Positions 57,931 through 64,000 of a stretch of 64,000 bases of DNA are shown here, one piece after another. Both the position numbers and the translations under genes were made by a program. This DNA is from Candidatus Altiarchaeota archaeon (GTDB taxonomy: Archaea; Altiarchaeota; Altiarchaeia; IMC4; QMZM01): the NCBI GenBank assembly GCA_016931955.1, contig JAFGDV010000002.1, positions 1 through 64,000 of the forward strand, given 5' to 3'. A model generated the notes under the pieces. The model searched no databases. It was not told the origin of the DNA and saw nothing but the letters and a program-made list of their open reading frames with translations. Each line of letters starts with the position of its first letter. Position 1 is the stretch's first letter.

Positions 57931-58576
57931 CTTTTTTTTCTTCCATCTCCAAGAGGTACCTGACGTTTTTGATAAGCACGCCCATGTGAGAGTAAAACAG
58001 AACTACGAAGTGGCCGGTTATCTCCAACCCTTCTACGAGGAATCGGGTGTTGAACAAGAGGGCATTTTCGACATCGCAGGCATGTTGCGCTATTATGGGG
58101 TCCATCACAGAGTCGAGCATATCCGCTGCCAGCGCTGGAAGAGACTCCACAAGGCTCAGGTTAAGGTACTCTGCAATTGCAGAGAGATAGCTTCCTGCGA
58201 GGATGTTTCCGATCTCCATCAATGTGGAACGATCCATATCCGACAGCTCTTCAGCTCCAGTTGCTTCCTCCCCTTGCAGGATCTTCGCAAGTGTTGCCGC
58301 ATCCTTTACAGGGAGTACCAGAAGTAGACTGCATACCTCGAATTGGTTATCAAGGGATGTGCCATCAATATGCAGGTATATGTTGGTTATCTCCTTCTCT
58401 GGTCTGCCCATCTTGGATGTGACGGTTTCAAGGGGACACACCTCCATCCAAGGAAAGCTTACCTCGATCTTCTTGTCTGTAAGGGACGATAGGGCGATCG
58501 ATGCATGCCCAGCTCCAATGGAGGATATCTCCATCAGGGCATCTAACTCCAGTGGCGTCAGGTTCTTGAATTTCAT
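57923..58576 (-). CDS. cheC: CheC-like phosphatase (only site 2 intact)
   Basis: DALMEISSIGAGHA..ALS and STLMEIGNILAG motifs. Confidence 0.88.
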   Translation of the reverse strand: MKFKNLTPLELDALMEISSIGAGHASIALSSLTDKKIEVSFPWMEVCPLETVTSKMGRPEKEITNIYLHIDGTSLDNQFEVCSLLLVLPVKDAATLAKILQGEEATGAEELSDMDRSTLMEIGNILAGSYLSAIAEYLNLSLVESLPALAADMLDSVMDPIIAQHACDVENALLFNTRFLVEGLEITGHFVVLFYSHMGVLIKNVRYLLEMEEKKDD

Positions 58577-59577
58577 AGTATCTCAACGATTTTATCTGCG
58601 ATACCCAGCAAAGGCAGGATGAAATCCGCATCCCCGTTTCTTATAATCATTTTAGGCATTCCAAATATTAAACTTGTTGATTCATCTTGGACTATGATCT
58701 TTCCACCATTCTTTTTTACCCACTTCACCCCATTCGCGCCGTCATCTCCCATACCAGTTAATATAACCGCTATTACGTTTTTACCGCATACCTTCGAAAC
58801 GGACTTCAATGTGACGTCTATGCAAGGCTTTACTATAGTATGTTTTTTGTTTAATTGAGTAAATAAATGTTTCCCTTTTTGCACTACCTCCAGGTTGTAA
58901 CCCCCAGGAGCCACTAGAACCTTGCCTTTATCAAGTAGGCTGCCTTCTTTTGCTTCTTCCACCTTTAGTGGGCACACTGCATCCAGCGTCTCAGCGAACG
59001 CCTTAGTGAATCCCGCCGGCATGTGTTGTACGACTAGAACGGCAGCTGGAAAATCCTTTGGGAACGAAGACAGTATAGTTCTAATTGTGGCCACACCACC
59101 GCAGGAAGCACCCAATACCAAAACCTTCTCGGATATCTTAGGCGCAGACAATTTTTTCTTCGGCTTCTTTATCACGAGTTTTTTTATCTCAAGGGATGAT
59201 GCGACTCGCACCAATGCTATCAGCTCTTCCTTCATTTCCTCCAGATCGCTGAGCCGGTTAGGCATCACTATGAAGTCCACTGCCCCATAGCCTAAGGCAC
59301 TCAGCATCTCCCGCCTTCCCAGATCAGATTCTCGGCCGACCACTATCGTTGGAGTAGGATCAAGCAGCATTATGTTGTAGAGGATGTCCAATGCATGTAC
59401 TCCCTTCATCTCTATGTCTAGTAGAACAACATCCGGCTCAAGGAGCTCAATCTTGTCTAAAGCCTCCTCAGCTAGACCAGAGCGGTGGATGACCTTTATC
59501 TCTGGTTCGGACTCCAGCATACATGTAAGCTTGACCCCAAAAAAATAAGAATCCGCTATTATGAGGACCTTGATCAT
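58573..59577 (-). CDS. cheB: Chemotaxis methylesterase CheB with a degenerate receiver domain
   Basis: Catalytic GASCGG, VQHMP, LTGMGDDGA, plus FGMP; N-terminal REC domain. Confidence 0.92.
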   Translation of the reverse strand: MIKVLIIADSYFFGVKLTCMLESEPEIKVIHRSGLAEEALDKIELLEPDVVLLDIEMKGVHALDILYNIMLLDPTPTIVVGRESDLGRREMLSALGYGAVDFIVMPNRLSDLEEMKEELIALVRVASSLEIKKLVIKKPKKKLSAPKISEKVLVLGASCGGVATIRTILSSFPKDFPAAVLVVQHMPAGFTKAFAETLDAVCPLKVEEAKEGSLLDKGKVLVAPGGYNLEVVQKGKHLFTQLNKKHTIVKPCIDVTLKSVSKVCGKNVIAVILTGMGDDGANGVKWVKKNGGKIIVQDESTSLIFGMPKMIIRNGDADFILPLLGIADKIVEIL

Positions 59578-59586
59578 TCTCCCATT

Positions 59587-59955
59587 CTATGAGAATCTCC
59601 TGACAACATCAAGTATCTGCTCCCTCTTGAATGGTTTGGTTACGTAGGCCTTTGCACCTATCCTCATCGCTTCTTTCATAGGATCCCCATGGCCTATGGC
59701 GGTTACCATGACAATGACCGCTTTTGGATCTATTTTCATGATCTCGGCTAAGACCTGCAGACCATCCTTCTCTGCCATTATTATGTCCAGTAAGACGATG
59801 CCGGGCCTTTCTTTCTTGTAGACCTCAACTGTTTCAGTCCCGTTCTGGGCTTCAACGATATCGCGATAACCTTCCTCAGAGAGCATCGTCTTAAGCATAT
59901 TCCTCATGAAGGCAGAATCATCTGCCAACAATACCTTAGGTTTTGCCATTTTCAT
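59587..59955 (-). CDS. cheY: CheY response regulator
   Basis: ADDSAFMR, LLDIIM, VTA, KPF; stand-alone REC domain (the start may be 59949). Confidence 0.9.
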   Translation of the reverse strand: MKMAKPKVLLADDSAFMRNMLKTMLSEEGYRDIVEAQNGTETVEVYKKERPGIVLLDIIMAEKDGLQVLAEIMKIDPKAVIVMVTAIGHGDPMKEAMRIGAKAYVTKPFKREQILDVVRRFS

Positions 59956-60310
59956 CCAAGAGTTTGTTTATGTTTTTAATCAACTTTGCCTCAGTTATCG
60001 GCTTTGATATGTATGAGCACGCCCCTCGTTTGATGCAGTCCTCCATGGTCTTCTGATCCCTTATTATGCTCGACACTATAATCTTCACCTCGGGTTTGAT
60101 CTCCATCAGCCTATCGAGCACATACAACCCGTCATTGCCAGGCATCTTCAGATCGAGCAATACGATATCTGGATCCTCTACACCGCACTTTAGTATGCAA
60201 TCGTTTCCGTTAACGGCCTCGACGACATCACTGTACCCGTTTTTTTGGAGGATGCTAATCAACGCCCTGCGCTCGAACATGGAGTCATCTGCTACAAGTA
60301 TCTTGACCAT
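59936..60310 (-). CDS. cheY: Second CheY-like stand-alone response regulator
   Basis: ADDS, LLDLKMP, VSS, KPI motifs; ATG 60310 (or GTG 60319). Confidence 0.85.
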   Translation of the reverse strand: MVKILVADDSMFERRALISILQKNGYSDVVEAVNGNDCILKCGVEDPDIVLLDLKMPGNDGLYVLDRLMEIKPEVKIIVSSIIRDQKTMEDCIKRGACSYISKPITEAKLIKNINKLLDENGKT

Positions 60311-60396
60311 CAGCACCACTATCTTGACTAATTAAATATCTATCTTCTCATTTATATCCTTTTTGTTTTTCTCATTTAAAGTTCTATTCTATTATA

Positions 60397-60759
60397 ATGC
60401 ACGAGTTCTCGATAGCTGAAGACATCCTGGAGGTCGCACTGGATGAGGCGGAAAAGCATAAAGCTTCCAGGATAAAACACATCTCTGTGGAGGTTGGAGG
60501 GCTCATGATGGCGAACCTCGAGCAATTGGATTTCGCCCTCAGATCCCTGTCAGTTGGAACCCTTGCAGAGGATATGGAAGTCGACCTGAAGACGGTCCCT
60601 GGGAGATTCAAGTGCGACAACAACCACGTGAATGAGGTAAGTATTGAGGAGGATGACCTCTACCTGGCCCTAGCCTCTCTCAGATGCCCTGAATGCGGCA
60701 GCCCTCTAAGGGTGTTGAGCGGAAAAGAGTGCGTGCTGAAGAGGATAATCGCCGAATAA
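60397..60759 (+). CDS. hypA: Hydrogenase nickel metallochaperone HypA
   Basis: N-terminal MHE, CPECG, GKE motifs. Confidence 0.92.
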   Translation: MHEFSIAEDILEVALDEAEKHKASRIKHISVEVGGLMMANLEQLDFALRSLSVGTLAEDMEVDLKTVPGRFKCDNNHVNEVSIEEDDLYLALASLRCPECGSPLRVLSGKECVLKRIIAE

Positions 60760-60766
60760 CGCTAAA

Positions 60767-61417
60767 ATGCATGTGATAGACGTAGACAGGGATATCATGG
60801 AGATCAACAGGAGGATATCTGAAAGGAACCAAAGAGTCTTGGAAGAGAACAATGTCTTTGGATTCGATGTTTTGGGGGCTATCGGCTCTGGCAAGACCTC
60901 CCTGATTGAGGCCTTGGTTGGGAGGATCGGGAAAAAACTGGGGATCGGAGCGATAGCGGGTGACGTTATTAGTGACGCCGACGCCAGCCGTTTGAAGAGG
61001 TGTGGAATCCCAGTCATCGGCTTGAACACTGGAAGGGAGTGCCATCTTGACGCCCACCTCGTCGAGCATGCGCTTGAGAGCCTTCCATTAAAGGACCTCG
61101 ACATTCTGTTCATAGAGAACGTGGGGAACCTCATATGTCCAGTAGACTTCCCGCTTGGGGCACATCGGAGGATCGTTGTAGTAAGCGTGAGCGAGGGGGA
61201 CGACACCGTAGAAAAGCACCCCATGATCTTCCTGGACTCTGATCTTGCGGTGATAAACAAGATAGACATCGCAGAAGCGGTTGATGCGAGCGTTGAGAAG
61301 ATGGAATACGACGCCAAACGGATCAATCCACGGCTGCCTGTGATAAAAACAAGCATGAAGAAGGGTATCGGTCTAAACGAAATAGTCGATTGGATAAGAA
61401 AAGAATCCAATCTATAG
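60767..61417 (+). CDS. hypB: Hydrogenase nickel incorporation GTPase HypB
   Basis: GSGKT, ECHLDA, ENVGNLICP, EGDD, NKID motifs. Confidence 0.95.
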   Translation: MHVIDVDRDIMEINRRISERNQRVLEENNVFGFDVLGAIGSGKTSLIEALVGRIGKKLGIGAIAGDVISDADASRLKRCGIPVIGLNTGRECHLDAHLVEHALESLPLKDLDILFIENVGNLICPVDFPLGAHRRIVVVSVSEGDDTVEKHPMIFLDSDLAVINKIDIAEAVDASVEKMEYDAKRINPRLPVIKTSMKKGIGLNEIVDWIRKESNL

Positions 61418-61432
61418 TTTAATGGTGATATC

Positions 61433-61672
61433 ATGTGTCTGGCTATCCCAGGAAGGATCCTGGATATAAAGGACAATGAAGCATCTGTTGACTTCGGCGG
61501 CGTGAAAAGGCCTGTTAGGATTGACTTAGTCGACGCCAAGGTGGGAGACTACGTCATCGTCCATACGGGATACGCAATCGAGGTATTGGATGAAGAGGAA
61601 GCTCTTGAAAGCCTGAAACTGTGGAGACAAATCCTCTCCAAAATGGACGATGATCCTAAGAGATTTCCGTGA
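61433..61672 (+). CDS. hypC: Hydrogenase chaperone HypC
   Basis: MCLAIPG, VGDYVIVH.GYA motifs. Confidence 0.95.
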   Translation: MCLAIPGRILDIKDNEASVDFGGVKRPVRIDLVDAKVGDYVIVHTGYAIEVLDEEEALESLKLWRQILSKMDDDPKRFP

Positions 61673-62720
61673 TAGGGGGCTTGCCTTGAAGGCGTCAAAG
61701 GAGATAGGGGATATGGCATCAACCTTGGGCAAGGTAAAGATCATGCACGTCTGCGGAACCCACGAAGACACAATAACCCGTTTTGGGATAAGGTCTCTTC
61801 TCCCAGAGAATGTGGAGGTGATATCCGGTCCTGGATGCCCTGTCTGCGTTACGACGAACAGGGAGATAGATGAAGCCATATCGCTCGCACAAAAAGGCAT
61901 TACTGTGACGACGTTCGGTGACATGCTCCGGGTCCCTGGAAGCCGCTCCTCGCTGGCGGACTCGAAGGCTGATGGAAATGATGTGAGGATCGTCTACTCC
62001 GTAACTGACGCAGTAGAGATCGCCCATAAGAATCCGGAGAAAGAGGTTGCTCACATCGCCATAGGCTTCGAGACAACGATACCATCCAACGCGGTCGCCC
62101 TCCAAGACGCTCCTGAGAATTTCTCGATCCTATGCTGTCACCGGCTTATCCCTCCAGCGATGGAGTTGCTCTTGGAGTCTCACGAGGTGAGGATAGACGG
62201 CTTCATAGATCCTGGGCATGTTTCAGCCATAATAGGAGTAAAACCCTATAGACCTCTGGCGGAAAAATACAGGATACCTCACGTAATCGTCGGCTTCGAG
62301 CCCCTTGACGTTCTCTTCTCCATCATAATGCTGCTGGAGATGATAAAAAACCATGAATGTGAGGTAAGGAATGAGTACAGCCGCGTCGTCAAGGAGGAAG
62401 GCAATCAGAAGGCCTTAAGTATCATGGACGCTGTCTTCGAACCCTGCGACGTGGATTGGAGGGGCTTTCCTGTGATCCCAAGATCCGGGCTCATGTTGAG
62501 GGAACGATTCGCTGAACACGACGCAAGAGAGAGGTTCGAGCTTAGGGTAGAACCGACAGAGGATCTTCGGGGATGCAGGTGCTCTGATGTCTTGAAGGGG
62601 TTGATATATCCCAGAGAGTGCCCGCTCTTCGGTAAGGCGTGCACTCCCAAGAAGCCTGTCGGTCCCTGCATGGTCTCTGCTGAGGGCGCATGCTCTATAA
62701 TGTACAGACACACTAGCTAG
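61650..62720 (+). CDS. hypD: Hydrogenase formation protein HypD
   Basis: VCGTH, GPGCPVC, GFETT, PGHVS, GPCMVS.EG.C motifs. Confidence 0.97.
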   Translation: MILRDFRDRGLALKASKEIGDMASTLGKVKIMHVCGTHEDTITRFGIRSLLPENVEVISGPGCPVCVTTNREIDEAISLAQKGITVTTFGDMLRVPGSRSSLADSKADGNDVRIVYSVTDAVEIAHKNPEKEVAHIAIGFETTIPSNAVALQDAPENFSILCCHRLIPPAMELLLESHEVRIDGFIDPGHVSAIIGVKPYRPLAEKYRIPHVIVGFEPLDVLFSIIMLLEMIKNHECEVRNEYSRVVKEEGNQKALSIMDAVFEPCDVDWRGFPVIPRSGLMLRERFAEHDARERFELRVEPTEDLRGCRCSDVLKGLIYPRECPLFGKACTPKKPVGPCMVSAEGACSIMYRHTS

Positions 62721-62721
62721 G

Positions 62722-63720
62722 ATGGAAAGGATAAAACTCTTACACGGTGGCGGGGGGGAAGCCATGCAGGAATTGATCTCTGACGTGATTAAGAACCTCT
62801 CCCTCACAAAGGTTGAGGGTGGGATCGGCTTGGATGCCTTGGACGATTCAGCAACCATACCCTTTGGAGACAAGCACCTTGTCTTCACCACGGATGCGTA
62901 CACTGTAAAGCCGTTGTTCTTCCATGGGGGGGACATAGGCAGGCTCTCTGTTTCAGGGACCATAAACGACCTCGCTGTTATGGGCGCTAAACCAATCGCT
63001 CTCGCCTCTTCTTTCGTTATCGGTGAAGGCCTCCCATTTGAAGACTTGCGGAAGATAACGAAGTCCATGAACCAGGTCTGCAAGGAGGTCCCAGTACCTA
63101 TTATTACAGGAGACACCAAGGTCATGGAAGACCTTGATATGATCATAACAACGTCTGGCATAGGTTTAACAGAAAAACCGATACTGGACTCCGGGATGCG
63201 GCCAGGTGACAGGATAATAGTGAACGGCACCCTCGGCGATCACGGTATGGCGATCATGGCTCAGAGGGAGGGCATATCTTTCGAGACCGAACTGAGGTCT
63301 GACTGCGCACAGTTGTGGGGTCTTATAAAAAAGATCCTTAGATACGAGATACATGCCATGAAGGATCCTACGAGAGGCGGCCTAGCGAACGCCTTAAATG
63401 AGATGGCTGAGAAATCAAAATCAGGGGTTTTGTTGTATGAGGACCAGATACCCATGAAAGATGAAGTACTTGCGGCGTCTGAGATGCTTGGCATAGATCC
63501 CCTGTCTGTGGCAAACGAAGGGAAAGCCATTATTGTCACAAGCGAAAATGATACTGAGAAAATCCTAGAAACGATGAAGAAGACCCGCTTGGGTCGGGAT
63601 GCCTCCATAATAGGTGAGGTGACCGAAAAAGATAAGGGACGGGTGATAATGGAGACCCGCATAGGTGGCAGAAAGATCCTCAGCAAGCCTGCCGGCGACC
63701 CTGTCCCAAGGGTCTGTTAG
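62722..63720 (+). CDS. hypE: Hydrogenase maturation dehydratase HypE
   Basis: HGGGG, GDTKV, KDPTRGG, ANEG and C-terminal PRVC. Confidence 0.97.
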   Translation: MERIKLLHGGGGEAMQELISDVIKNLSLTKVEGGIGLDALDDSATIPFGDKHLVFTTDAYTVKPLFFHGGDIGRLSVSGTINDLAVMGAKPIALASSFVIGEGLPFEDLRKITKSMNQVCKEVPVPIITGDTKVMEDLDMIITTSGIGLTEKPILDSGMRPGDRIIVNGTLGDHGMAIMAQREGISFETELRSDCAQLWGLIKKILRYEIHAMKDPTRGGLANALNEMAEKSKSGVLLYEDQIPMKDEVLAASEMLGIDPLSVANEGKAIIVTSENDTEKILETMKKTRLGRDASIIGEVTEKDKGRVIMETRIGGRKILSKPAGDPVPRVC

Positions 63721-63721
63721 G

Positions 63722-64000
63722 ATGAAAACCCTGATACTGGGCATTGGGAATCCTATACTGACCGATGACGGCGTTGGTGTTTTGATTGCTGAACGCCTAC
63801 GTGATGTTGTCTCAGACCCGGAAATCGATGTCCGTGAGGAATCAACGTCTGGTCTTGACATCATAAGCCTTGTTAGGGGTTATGATAGGCTCATCCTCGT
63901 GGACGCTATAAAGACGGGTAAAGCCAGGGTTGGGGAGATACTCCGGCTCTCGCCTCAGGATATTACCAAGGAGCCTGCACTTCATTTCTCGACCCTTCAT
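63722..64000 (+). CDS. Hydrogenase maturation protease (HycI/HyaD family), 3' end outside window
   Basis: MKTLILGIGNPILTDDGVG...LILVDAI...STLH; open to the window end. Confidence 0.92.
   Translation, partial: MKTLILGIGNPILTDDGVGVLIAERLRDVVSDPEIDVREESTSGLDIISLVRGYDRLILVDAIKTGKARVGEILRLSPQDITKEPALHFSTLH

Overview
This is a gene-dense chromosomal segment of an anaerobic archaeon. Evidence for archaeal origin: Nop5, archaeal TATA boxes about 25 nt before many starts, GGAGG/GGTGA SD sites, and Mvh/Hdr genes. The lineage cannot be fixed from this window; an Altiarchaeota-like origin is only a guess. In order, the window holds: the end of a Thr-rich surface protein, an ATP-cone/Mrr-type nuclease, a Na+/Ca2+ exchanger, an 11-gene Mrp (Mnh) Na+/H+ antiporter operon, GTP-PEPCK, a thioredoxin-CcdA fusion, a ferredoxin, and two acetyl-CoA synthetases with an OFA-type MFS transporter. 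It continues with cutA/fdhD/nfu, two CYGC lipoproteins, a Ni/Co ECF transporter, hypF, an hdrA-mvhD/mvhG/mvhA/hdrC/hdrB/NADH-oxidase-like operon, a LarA-family protein, a TIGR00300 ornithine cyclodeaminase-like gene, thrC and apgM. The last part has two large Ig-repeat surface proteins, nop5, pfkB, an atypical chemosensory cluster, and hypABCDE plus a maturation protease. No rRNA, tRNA, CRISPR array or transposase was seen. The best leads are four. (1) A chemosensory cluster with no CheA/CheR/CheF, but with four CheC paralogs (two lacking the catalytic Asn at both sites), a pseudo-receiver CheB and an embedded winged-helix DNA-binding gene. (2) A GC-rich H-type pseudoknot in the predicted 5' leader of its chemoreceptor. 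(3) A near-identical palindromic operator in front of both the transporter-acs operon and the Hdr/Mvh operon. (4) A LarA homolog with Tyr at the nickel-ligand His200 position. All family calls come from motif recognition by eye, not from database searches.
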